DNA from: Prorocentrum cordatum | Lineage: Eukaryota | DNA length: 64,000 nucleotides | Reading direction: 5' to 3' | Assembly (NCBI GenBank): GCA_963575745.1 | Contig: CAUYUJ010000115.1 | Location: 558,001 to 622,000 of the forward strand | Shown: in pieces, positions 35,691-46,399 of the stretch | How the letters are laid out: every line of letters begins with the position of its first letter | Position numbering within the stretch: the first letter of the stretch is position 1 | Notes under the pieces: model-generated | Database searches by the model: none | Told to the model about the DNA's origin: nothing | What the model saw: only the letters and a program-made list of their open reading frames with translations | Translations under genes and position numbers: made by a program

Positions 35691-36690
35691 GGCCAGTTTT
35701 TAGGGTGGGCTGGGCGTTTCGCCTGAGACTCCCTCACCTTTCATGGCCCTGAAGCTTGAAAAAGTGGCACGGCACCAGTTTCACACTTAGAGGGCGGCTA
35801 GTTTTCAAAATGTGCCTTTCGCCTTAGCCCAGCGCACATTCGTTTTCAACATTTGTAAGGGTTTCTCGGATTGTGGGCGGGTGTTTTTCAACATGCTGTT
35901 TTCGCTTTAGCTCCGCGCACATTTGTTTTCAACATGTGCAAGAGTTTCTCGGATTGAAGACGGTTCTGTTTCAACATGTTTTCTCGCCTTAGCGCCGCGC
36001 ACATTCGCTTTAAACATTTGCAAGAGTTTCACGGGTTGCAGGCGGGTGATTTCCAACATCTGGTTCTCGCCTTAGCACCGCGCACATTCGTGTTAAACAT
36101 TCGCAACAGCTTTTGGGATTGAGGGCGGTTTTTCCAACATGTGGCTCTCACTTCAGCGCCATGCACATTAGTTTTCAAAATGTGCAAGAGTTTCACGGAT
36201 TGAGTGCGGTTCCTTTTCAAACTGTGTTTCTCGCATTAGCGCCGCTCACATTCGTTTTCAAATTATGCGAAAGTTTCGCGGATTGAGGGCGGGTGGTTTT
36301 AAACATGCGGTTCTCGCCGTAGCGTTGCGCACACTCTTGTGAAACAATTGTAAGAGTTTCGCGGGTTCCCATGATAGGCGTACCAGAAATGGTGTGTTGG
36401 AAGGATTCGCGAGTATGAGGGCGCAACAGTTACGATGATTCGCGGAGTTGAAGTCCCAGGAACGGCGTTCTGGTACGGTTCAGGATCGTCAAGACGCAAC
36501 AGTCAAATTTATCCGTGGCGTTGGAATACCGAGAATAATGTTTTGGCATGCTTCAGGGTCTTCAAACGGTCGTCTTCCAACGAGGCAGTTCCTTCAATGG
36601 AAATGAACAGTTGTAGGAGCCTGTGAAGAGGGAGCTTGGGGGAGGGTTTATTCCAACAGTGTTGGTGACTCTTGGGTTTGCGCTGGTCCT
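35691..36690 (+). repeat. Composite repeat copy 2, uninterrupted (head, ~78-bp minisatellite, tail)
   Basis: Tail ttcaaacggtcgtcttccaacgaggcagttcc matches 35475-35510. Confidence 0.85.
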
Positions 36691-36789
36691 CCTCCTCCTC
36701 CTCGTCCTCCTCCCCCTCCCTTCTCTTCGTCCTCCTCCTCCTCCTCGCCCCCTTCGACCGTCCGGTCCCATCGGGTCAGGCATATCAGG

Positions 36790-36990
36790 CGGGGTCGGAG
36801 CAGACGGTGTCGAGGGATCGCGGCGCGTCGCCGATGCATCGGCGATGCGGCTCGATGCGGGGCCCGAAATTCTCCACTCCGCCGTCGCCGATGCATCGCC
36901 GATGTCGCCAGTGCATCGCCGATCGGCGATGCATCAGCGATGCGGCACCATCCTCCGACCCCATTCACTCCGACCTCATCTGGGAGGCCT
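36790..36990. mobile_element. MITE-like element with long imperfect TIRs and internal gcatcgccgatgcatcggcgatgc palindromes; second copy 62578-62780
   Basis: ggggtcggag..ggatcgcggcgc and its complement at the ends; interiors of the two copies align. Confidence 0.7.
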
Positions 36991-37141
36991 CTAGAGAGGG
37001 AGAGAAGTCCAATCAGTCAATTAGTGGGTCTCGTTCCCTCTTTGTTTGTTTCTGTTGCCCTCATCCCCTGACTCGGGTTCGGGGGGTAAGCTGAGCCCGC
37101 AATGCCGGCGAAATGTGCTGTGGTGCTATTTTCAGTGCTGC

Positions 37142-37158
37142 TGTACCCCTCCGGCTGT
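37142..37158 (+). other. Left target-site duplication tgtacccctccggctgt
   Basis: Identical 17-mer at 41665-41681. Confidence 0.95.
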
Positions 37159-37161
37159 ACC

Positions 37162-37211
37162 CCATTTTGGCTCGAGCCATTTTGGCTCAAGTGTTTGGCT
37201 CAAGGCTCAAG
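37162..37211 (+). other. Tandem relics of the dinoflagellate spliced leader
   Basis: ccattttggctcgag (37162-37176), ccattttggctcaag (37177-37191, exact), tgtttggctcaag (37192-37204) and gctcaag (37205-37211), compared with SL DCCGTAGCCATTTTGGCTCAAG. Confidence 0.92.
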
Positions 37212-37311
37212 GGCTTGAGGCTCAGAAGCTATCATTGCCTGTCGCCGGGGCGGTCAAGCTTTCTCCATACTCAAGCTTTCTCCATACTCAATCTTCCAGC
37301 TAGCTTTTGCC

Positions 37312-38508
37312 ATGGCGAGTGCAGCACCGACGTCGCCAGCAGCCCGTGGCTCCACCCGCGCTCCAGGCACCCCGGTTGGGCACCTCGTCCAGGACCCCTG
37401 GGAGAGCATGGCCAAAAAGCAGCGCTCTGGACATGGCCCTGACTCCCCAGCGACCCCGCTCCTCGGCGAGATGCGCGCGGAGGATCAGGGGTACGTGCAG
37501 ATGCCTGGAGGCGACATGGACGGCCCAGCCGAGAGGGACGCTCCACCATTTCGCCAGCCGGATTTCGGCGCTGCCGCGGCCTCCTCGGAGAAGGACGATG
37601 AGCCTGTCACGATGGCTGGAATCGCTGCTCTCCTTCAGCAGCAGCTGGGCCCCGTGACTTCGGTGGTGGCAGATCTTAAGAAACGGTTCATGAAGCTCGA
37701 CAGCAAAGTTACCGACTTGGGCACTTCCCTTGTGGGCCGTTTGGACGACGTGGATGCGAAGCTGATCGATGCAGACCTGCGCATAGAGAAGCTTGAGAGC
37801 ATGTACGCGGCCATGCAGGCACCCCCCAGTGCCGCGGATATTGACGAGAAGATCCAGGCGAGCATCCAGCAGGCCTTCGCGAGCCAGGCCTCGCAGCAGG
37901 CGCCTCTCACCAAGAACGTCCCGCTGGTCGACAGGAAGGCGGTCACCATGGTGATCGGCAATCTGGACTACTTCGGGGACTTTTCGAAGGCCGCCGATTG
38001 GTTGCAGGGCAAGCTCACTTCCTTGAAGGGGCCTGCGCCGACGAACATGTACGTCAAGGGCGACTTTAAGGGCATCGTCTTCGCCGAGTTCTCTGACACC
38101 GCAGTGCGGGACCAGGCGGTGGCACTCCTTCGTGGTGCGGCCCTCGCCAGCGGAGGCAAAAAGGTCTGGGCAACGGAAGACCGAGCTGCCAGCGAACGTG
38201 CTGCGAGGAACTTCTGCCTGGGCTTGAAGCGGGTTCTGAAAGAGGAGTGGCAGGTCCCGTATACCATCTCGTTTAACAACGCGGCGCCGTACGTGCTCAA
38301 GGTGGGGGGCGAGCACGCGCTTACCGTGAACGTCTCCGGCAGCACCGTGGACTACGAGTGGCATGGGGACTGGGCAACTTGGTCCGAGCTCCACAACCAC
38401 TCCTCGATCAAGGACCTCAGGAAGAAGTCGGACGACCTGCTCTCGCGGGCCACGCAGGGGCTCAAAGGAGGCGCGAAGGGCTGCTCCAAGGGGCAACGGC
38501 CCCAGTAG
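37312..38508 (+). CDS. LINE ORF1 protein (398 aa; coiled coil plus RRM-like and C-terminal domains)
   Basis: Intact ORF with high GC3; heptad region VADLKKRFMKLDSKV..LRIEKLESM; VTMVIGNL, GIVFAEFSDTAVRDQAV and KVWATED..ER resemble the L1-type ORF1p layout. Confidence 0.85.
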   Translation: MASAAPTSPAARGSTRAPGTPVGHLVQDPWESMAKKQRSGHGPDSPATPLLGEMRAEDQGYVQMPGGDMDGPAERDAPPFRQPDFGAAAASSEKDDEPVTMAGIAALLQQQLGPVTSVVADLKKRFMKLDSKVTDLGTSLVGRLDDVDAKLIDADLRIEKLESMYAAMQAPPSAADIDEKIQASIQQAFASQASQQAPLTKNVPLVDRKAVTMVIGNLDYFGDFSKAADWLQGKLTSLKGPAPTNMYVKGDFKGIVFAEFSDTAVRDQAVALLRGAALASGGKKVWATEDRAASERAARNFCLGLKRVLKEEWQVPYTISFNNAAPYVLKVGGEHALTVNVSGSTVDYEWHGDWATWSELHNHSSIKDLRKKSDDLLSRATQGLKGGAKGCSKGQRPQ

Positions 38509-38520
38509 GAAACACGGCAC

Positions 38521-41500
38521 ATGAGCGATGTTTCACCCGAATTCGCAGTCGGCCCTACTGCGGCTATTAACCATGATCGAATTCACTCTTCCGATTCTTG
38601 CCAGGCATGTTTACCAGCAGTCGGCACTACTGCAATCATCCCCCCTCCTCTCTCCCGGGCTTCCGAAGCACTGCACTTCCGAGGCGGCGCCCTGCGGCCG
38701 TGCACCCGGAAGCTCCGGACAGCATCTTGGAACGTTGAGGGCCTCACCGAGGCCAAGCAAGCAGAATTTGAATGGCACATGACATCCATGAACATCGACG
38801 TCATGTGCATCCAGGAGACACACAAGACCGGGGCAGAGTTTTCCGTCTCTGATGCCGGATTTCTCCTCGTTCTCTCCGGCGCGTCGGACCCAGACGATAA
38901 TGAGACGGCGGGGGTCGGTTTCATCGTCGCGCCGCGCATCCGAACGTCCGTCGTGGGGTTCAGGCAACAGGACTCCCGGATGGCGTCCCTGAAGCTGCGA
39001 GTCAAAGGCGGCAAGATCATGATCTACACCACGTACGCTCCCCATAGCGGCAAGAGTTTCCAAGACAGACGGCAGTTTAATTCTAACCTAAGTACCTTCA
39101 TCGACAGCGGCTCCCGGCACGGCCCTGCCTTGGTCTTGGGGGACTTCAACGCTCGGCTTCATCGCCGGTATCCGGGCGAAGAGCACATTATCGGGCCCTA
39201 CATATTCGGAGTCCCGGACGCGATCTACAACCCCTCGTCCAATCGGAGCCTCCTCGCCGAGCTATGCGTCAACCAGAAGCTGTTTATTGGGAACACTATT
39301 TTCCACAAGCCGCCGGAGAAGCAGATCACGTGCTACAACGTGGGCAAGCGGCCGTGCGACCACCCTTCCCCAGACAATTTTGGACAGATCGACGTCGCCC
39401 TAATATCACAGGGTTGGACCCAGCACCTCACGGACGTGCACAGTGACCGTGGCCGGGCGCTGGCCTCGCACCATTTCTTGGTTTGCGCCGACCTCGACAT
39501 AGAAGTGCCGCTCGACAAGAAAACTCGCACTCCGCAGCCAGATTTTCGAGCTCTCCGGAGCCCGATACGGGCGGCTGCTTTCGCAGAGGCCTTCGGAGAG
39601 GCGGCGGGGAGGGCGACCGCGGGCCTGACGGCGAACGAAATAGAGGCGACTATGCGGCCAGCTTTCCGCTCTGCGGCTGCCGCAACTATTCCGGAGAACA
39701 CGGCCTCGCCGAAGAGGCCTTGGATCTCGCCCCACTCCCTCTCGCTGATCGAGCAGAGAACCGACGCCCGCCGCTCTGGGCGGACAGAAGAGGAGCATCG
39801 TCTGCATGTGGAGGTGAAGCGGTCGGTGAAGAACGACAGGTCGATCTGGCTCAACAACTTGCTTGAGACGGGCGACTGGGACCAGGTCCGCAAACTCAGA
39901 AGAGGCTTCGCTCCTGCGCGGCATGGGCGCCTACGCGGGATGGACGGCGAAGTGGTGCAATCAGATAGGAGAGCCGACGCGTTGGCCGACTACCTGTGCG
40001 ATGTTCAATGGGCCCCACGTGCTACGACGCCGATGGCACCTGCCCCGATTGGCCCGGAGCTGGAAGTCCAGACCGGTGACATCACAGAGGAGGAGATCAT
40101 CGATGCAGCGCGACGCATGCGATGGGGCAAGGCTTGTGGCCATGACGGCGTCCCCGGGGAACTGTGGAAGGCTATCTGCATGCACGCGGGGCCGGGGAGG
40201 GAATGGGCGCTAGCCCTGTGTCAGAAGTGCTGGAGAGACGGCTGCGTCCCGGACGCCTGGCACGAAGCCCTCGTAACTGCAATCTTCAAAAAGGGGGACG
40301 TGTCTCAATGTTCAAACTACCGGCCTATCTGTCTGTTGCAAGCCGGATATAAGATGTACGCCATGATCATCATGCGCCGGTTGAAGGACGCCGGCGCGGA
40401 GGCCAGGATCTGGCAGACTCAGTTCGGCTTCAAGTCTGGGCACGGGACGGCAGATGCCATATTCTTAGCGCGGCGCCTCTTGGAGGAATCCTGCGCGTTG
40501 CAGGGGTCCCCGCTGGTGCTGCTCGCGCTGGACTGGGCCAAGGCGTTCGACAGCGTGATGCCAGATGCTCTCCTCGAAGCGCTGCGCCGGTTTGGCCTGC
40601 CGCGGGAGGTGCTGGCCGCCGTGAGCGCCATCTATTCTGCCAGGAGCTTCGCGGTGAAAGAGTGCGGGCAGATTTCGGCGTCGCGAGAACAAGGAGCGGG
40701 CATTTGCCAGGGATGCCCGTTATCGCCTTTCCTCTTCGGGATGGTCATGACGGTGCTCCTGCACGACGCAAAGAACAGCCTCGGTGACCTGGCAGGACTG
40801 GTGGACGAGTTGGTGTACGCGGACGACACGCTCATCGTCGCGAGCGCATCCGGACACGCTGAGCAGTACATGAAGGCAGTGGAGAAGGCGGGCGCGAACT
40901 ACGGCCTCACCTTCAATTGGGGGAAGCTCGAAATCTTGGCCGTGGGATGCAACGCTGTTATTCGCAGGCCGGACGGGGCTGTCATTCCCCAGAAGGCAAG
41001 CGTCGTGTACCTCGGGTCCGTGCTTTCCGCAGACGGGACGATGCAGGCTGAGCTGGGCCGCCGCCTTGGGCAAGCGCGGGCAGAGTTCGAACTTTTACAC
41101 CGTGTCTGGAACCGCAGCAGCATCCCGATGCATAGAAAGATACAGATATACGAGGCGTGCGTGCAGACGAAATTACTGTACAGCTTGCACACGGCATGGT
41201 TGAAGCAGGACGAGCTGACCCGCATCGACGCCTTCCAAACAAGGTGCCTGCGGAGAATCCTCGGGATCCGCATTCGTACGTCAGCCGAGTGTCTAATGCG
41301 GACGTGCTGGCACGAGCGCGCAGGATGAAGCTTAGCAGTACTCTCTTGCAGCGGCAACTCACATACTTTTTCCATATTGCTTGTAAGGGTGATGACCACC
41401 CCTTGCGTTCAGCTATTTTTAGACCTTCCTCCCTCGACCTCCGCCCCCCCTCCGGCAAGCGGAAGAGAGGCCGACCGCGACAGACGTGGCCTGCCGAGGT

Positions 41501-41615
41501 GTACAAACTTGCAAGAGATGTTTGTGGCAGTCTTCAAGTTCCAATCGAACATTTATGCGCAATCCCAGTTCGAGACTGGAAGCGCGCAGTGCGGTCATTT
41601 TGCTTGGCACGGTAA
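38521..41615 (+). CDS. LINE ORF2: APE endonuclease and reverse transcriptase, with one frameshift near 41268
   Basis: SWNVEG, IQETH, YAPHS, LGDFNA, IDVAL, SHH; IFKKGD..NYRPI, QFGF, LDWAKAFD, QGCPLSP, YADD (40816), YLGS. The C-terminus PHSYVSRVSNADVL..GKRKRGRPRQTW continues in the 41157-41615 frame. Confidence 0.95.
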
Positions 41616-41664
41616 GTGTGCCATATTGCTCATGTGCCTTCTGACACACGGCTTTGACTTGACT

Positions 41665-41681
41665 TGTACCCCTCCGGCTGT
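41665..41681 (+). other. Right target-site duplication tgtacccctccggctgt
   Basis: Identical to 37142-37158. Confidence 0.95.
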
Positions 41682-42049
41682 CCAGGTCGTGCATTTTTTG
41701 TTTTCGTGGATGGCCGACCCTATCCGATCCTCCCCCTCCTCCTCCTCCTATGCAGGGGGAGGGGGGCCCCTGAGATCCAGGGCTCGACCTAAACGGTGTT
41801 TTGACGATGTTGACGACTGTTTTCTTTTTGATTTCGACGGCAAGGCGGAATGAAGACAGAACAACGCAAAACGAACACATAACGAGAAGGGGAAACAGTG
41901 CTCAGGTTGAGCCCTGCTGAGATGCTGGCGTGGCATTTTTGTTCACACTGGGCGACTCTGCCTTGGTTCGGGCCTTGGAACCCTCACGGATCGGGCTGGC
42001 TCGGAACACGCAGCAGAAATATTGGGTATTGGGTTCAGTCGGGCATGTC

Positions 42050-42500
42050 CCTCTACAGGAGGAGTGTTAAAAATAGTAAAAAAATAGTCTGGGGACGATT
42101 TTCGATAATTGTTGAAGATTGTTGATCATTTGTTGCGCCCTCTATTTCCAAAATCCGCTTGTAGGTGGACATGCCCGACCTTAGTGTTGGGCCCTGGTCG
42201 CGATTATTCACGATGCTGCACTTCTGGTTCCGCAGCGCCGGATCCCATGGGAGTGGGGCGCTCGGCGGAGGAGCAGGTACCTCTGCCGCTGCCCATCCCT
42301 CGTCTCCACGGCTGGATTCGCTTCGACATGCTGGTCTTAGATCGGGCGTGTCCCCTTATTGGAGGAATACTCGAAAGTAGTCAAGACATAGTATGGGATC
42401 CATTGTTTCATATTTTTTCGATTCGATTTGAGCATGTTCTGACTATTTTTTAGCGTTCGTCCAAAATCCGCCTGTAGATGGACACGCCCGACCTACTGCT
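42050..42500 (+). repeat. Direct repeats ending aaatccgc.tgtag.tggaca.gcccgacct; third copy near 43530-43645
   Basis: Motif at about 42150, 42463 and 43610. Confidence 0.65.
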
Positions 42501-42705
42501 GGTCTGATCGAACCCCGGGAGAGAGGTCCAGGGAAGGGCGGTGCCCCCTGGACCCGCGATCTTACTGCTGAGGAACGCCGCAGCCGACGACAAAACATCA
42601 TTAGATCGTGCGTCGCCCCTGCGAGAGTACGGGTACGGGGAGGCAGGCCACGCGCGAGAGTTTCACTAATTTCCATGGTATTGTAGGTTCGAGGGTCGGT
42701 GCTCG

Positions 42706-43340
42706 GTGGTTCAAGATGGGGTCCTGAGGGATGGGGTCCTGAGGACGAGGTTCCTCAAGCGATGTAAGTCAACCCTTGGATCCCTTCCTATCCTTGGGAT
42801 GCAACTCTTGGGAGGTCAAAGCCTGAATTTGCCCTGGTCCGAAACCCGGCTTCATCCGGTTTTATCCCGCTCAATTTGGCTCAATCTGGTTGGTTGAGTC
42901 CGGCCTCAGCCCCCGCTCAATCCCGGGCCTGATCCGGCGTCGCAGCCCCCCAATGTGGACCAATCCTCCCTGATCCATCTGACGAAGACCTCGCAGCAGT
43001 TGCCTCCTAACTTTGTTTAGGACCCCAGCCCTCAGGACCCCATGTTTGAACCACAGGTGTGCGAGCCCTCGGAGCACACAGCACGACATGAACATACGCT
43101 TCCAGTGGCCAGCACCGAAAGAAGACATTATCGAGCCCCGGAAGGCAAGGCAAGGCCCAGTCGAATCGAATCGGTCCGCAGGCGGACGCGGGCAGAAAGC
43201 TACGAATTCACCTGGGCGACGGAAATGCATGCATCATTGGACTCAGAAGTCTTGCGGCGCACAGTCCCCATCAGGACCCCATCCCTCGGGACCCCATCTT
43301 TGAACCACCGAGGTGCGAGCCCTCGGAGCACACAGAGCGG
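42706..43340. mobile_element. Nested inverted-repeat (MITE-like) cluster
   Basis: Outer IR ggttcaagatggggtcctgaggg / ccctcaggaccccatgtttgaacc around inner IR gcaactcttgggaggtc / gacctcgcagcagttgc; relative of the inner element at 43940-44180. Confidence 0.55.
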
Positions 43341-44229
43341 CATGCACGTACACTCCCGGTAGCCCGTGCGAGTCTCCTGGGGTCGGAGACTGACCAGCCC
43401 CCCTTCGGGCGGTGCGATCCGCGCGCCGCAGGAGGGGGGCCAGCACCGACCGAAGAGATCCCTTTCGAGCCTCGGAAGGTAGGGGGTTTGGTCGGGCGTG
43501 TCGCTCTAAAGAGGCGTTTTCAAAAATTGTGAAAACATAGTCTTGGGACGATGTTGTACTTCTCTTGATTTGTTTGAACATGTTTTGACTATTTTTTACT
43601 TTTCTTCGAAAAACGCCTGTATTAGGACATGCTCGACCTAAGTGTAGGTGAAATTTGCGAGTCGACGCTTCGCTAGGGAAACAAACAAAGACATACAACA
43701 CCTTGGAGGTCCGCGCGGATTCCTCGGATCGGCGCTGGGGCCCCCCTGCCGCCGCCCCTGGCGCCGCCGCCCCTGGCGCCGCCGCCCCTGGCGCGCTCCG
43801 CGCGCCAGGGAAGGGGGTCCAGCGCCGATTCAAGAAATCTGCGCTGAGGTCCGAAAGGTTATGTTTATTTTCTACCTTATGCAGGTCGTTGCTATTTTAG
43901 TGCTTGCAGACGATTCGCGTAACTATTCCCACCAGGCCACTGGGATGCAACTCCTGGAATGTTCAATTCTGTATCGGCGCGGGGATTGCCGCAGTCGTTA
44001 ACCGGCTTACTCTGAGCAAATCGGGTTTAGTCCGGTTTGCGCCCGCTTTATTCCTGATCATTCCCGCTTCGTCCGGCTCAGTCCCCGGCATCGTCGGCCC
44101 AGATCCGGCGAAGTGGCCTTCGAATCGGGCTTAATCGCCCTTGCTCGTTCCAACGACGACCTCCCAGGAGTTGCCCCGTAAAGCCCATTCAGACGCAATG
44201 CCCAGACAGAAGACAGCCCTTATACGAAA

Positions 44230-44910
44230 ACTCGAGAGCAGGCGGAGCAGCTACTCTCTTGGGGCCCTGGGGCTGTGCTGAGGAGTCTTGGACTCCTCTG
44301 TCGGGGCTTTCTTGGGGCTTTCTTGGGGCCGATTGGATGCCCTGAAGGCCTCTTGCGGCCATCTCGGAGGGCGTCGATCCAAAGCAGGAGGGGCTCCTTG
44401 ATTCAGGTCCCCCCATCAAGAGCCCTCAAGCTCCCCTTGGGGGTGGCCTTCTTGGGGCCCTCTTGGGGCGCTCTGGGGCGGTCTTGGGGCCGTGGGGGGG
44501 GGGGGGGGCCTCGGGCTCCTCTTGGGGCCCTGTTGGGTCACACAGGGGCCGTCTTGAGGCCTCAAAAACCCATCGGAAGCGAAAAGGCGAGAAGACACAA
44601 GCCATTGATTTTTTGTCGGCTGTTGAAAGACATTGGCGTCTTGGGAGGGTCCGCGGAAGGCTTCGAGAGCACTTGGTGGAACTGTCTGGTGGCTCTCTTG
44701 GGTCCTCTAGGAAGCATGTTAGAAGGTATTTTGAACCATTATCGAATCCTGGAGACTATCTTGGAGCAGTTGGGGGCCTCTTGGAACAATTTTCTTTGCG
44801 AAAATGGACTCCCTGACACAAGACGCCCCCCGAGGAGCGGGATGGTACCCCTCCCCGAAGAGAGGAAAGACGATGTATCGTCAGACCACCTACGCCCAGC
44901 TGGCCGGTGG
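44230..44910 (-). repeat. Dispersed CCCCAAGAGG-rich family, reverse copy
   Basis: ctcttggggcc periodicity and catcggaagcgaaaaggcgaga block. Confidence 0.7.
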
Positions 44911-45480
44911 AGTTCTGTTTTTCAACATCAGAGTTTCGTTTGCATTGTTTCAGTCACTTCGGAGGTTGGAGCTTCGGTGCCCCTTGTTTTGGTGTCTCTC
45001 CCACCCCGCCCGGTTTTTGGGGGGCGCTGAAGGCTTCTGGAGGCCTTGTCCCCCCTCGTTCTCATCCTCCTCGCCTTCCTGCATCCCTCCCTCTTTTGCC
45101 ACTATCGAACGCCAGGCTGGGAGGGGCCTGTCGCTGGGATGTCCGCCCTCCCCATTCCCCCCTACCAGTTGGACAAGTGTCCTCCTCCTCCTCCTCCTCC
45201 TCCGTTCCTCTCCTCCACTCTTGTCCTTCAGCATCCTCCATCATCCTCCTCCACCTTCTCCTTCTCCTCCTCCTGCTCCTCCTCCTCTTCCTCATCCTCA
45301 TCCTCTTCCCCATCCTCTCCTTTTCCTCTTCCTCCTTCTCCTCCTCCTCCTCCTCCTCATCCTCTTCTCCTTCTCCCTCCTTCACCCGCCTCCTCCTCCT
45401 CCTCCTCCTTATCCTCCTTATCCTCCTTATCCTGCTCCTGCTCCTCCTCCTCCTCCTCCTCCTCCTCCTCTCCCCCCGAG

Positions 45481-45561
45481 GTCTGGTGACTCTGGCAGCT
45501 CGGACTCCAAGGGCGGCCCAGAGAAGTACTCCAACTGCTCCGAGAAGGACGACGGCTCGAG
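45481..45561 (+). CDS. Host gene exon 6: (R)SGDSGSSDSKGGPEKYSNCSEKDDGS(R)
   Basis: cgag|g acceptor after a (CCT)n tract, ag|gt donor, phase 2-2, high GC3; a TGA closes the phase-0 frame. Confidence 0.65.
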
Positions 45562-46399
45562 GTCTGTCGCGGGGGGCGGGAGTGGAGACCAGAACGAACA
45601 AACGACCCTGAGATTCGAGCGTCGCATCGTCGAAGGATAAAAACGGCATAATCATAAACTTTCGAGGATTTCCAAGGACCGCCGAATATGGTTTGTTGGT
45701 GCGTGTTTTTGTTATTCTGAAAGAACGACCTTGCATGAGATCCGACCGCGTTGTCGCCCAGTCTCGGGCTGGGTCCCCGCTGGTCGATATCCAGCCCGAG
45801 AAGTGCCGCGGAAAGATTCCCAGGCGTGTGGCGCGGCGCCCCGAAGAAGTGGAGGCGGCCGGCTCGTCGCCCTTTCTGGCCTCGGGGCCGTCAACCAAGT
45901 TACGTATTCGGGGTGCAAAGCCGGCTCTGGCGAACGGGTCGGGGTATTGAATAATGGAGGTATCTGATCTCGGGGCCAAAGAAGGACGACAGGCGCGCCA
46001 GACGCGCTGGTCTCTAGAAATGCTGGGTGGCTGGAAGCAGGTTTGAAACAACGAACATTGGCAACGAATTTGCGCCACGTGTGGTTAACATGCCGATCTC
46101 TGCAGCTTGGCAAACTCGCTCCACACCATCTGAATTGGGGACATCGTGTCTGAGGACCCTGGACTTCGGGCAGATTGTTTTTATCCAGTCCAGACGTTGT
46201 TCCTCTACTTCGGCCGATGGCCGTTGTCGGACCCTGGGGCCGTCAAGCATGGATCGGCGGAACTGACAGCATTGCACCGGCAGTTGCCGGAGAGCGGCAT
46301 GATTCGTGACGATCTTGGCAAGGTCCTTTCAATCCGATCGATCCGATTCGATATCGCACGGTTTTCGGCCCATCCGTCCACCGTGCCTGGGTTGTGGGT

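Larger units (their letters stand above)
37159..41664 (+). mobile_element. Full-length LINE (ORF1 plus APE-RT ORF2), about 4.5 kb
   Basis: Bounded by a perfect 17-bp TSD; spliced-leader relics at the 5' end; two ORFs 12 nt apart; short 3' UTR; tttgacttgact tail at 41653-41664. Confidence 0.97.

Noticed and set aside
35311..35737. N-terminal ~140 aa of the 593-aa ORF as part of LINE ORF2
   Set aside because: It is read-through from the host composite repeat, which also occurs at 35691-36690; the element is truncated at the endonuclease start.
37162..37211. A functional SL RNA gene
   Set aside because: No complete 22-mer and no GT donor with SL intron after an intact leader; the units are truncated, tandem and inside the TSD-bounded element.
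37300..38520. 406-aa antisense ORF over LINE ORF1, and similar + strand ORFs over the minus LINE
   Set aside because: Shadow ORFs expected from high GC3 on the coding strand; no recognisable motifs.
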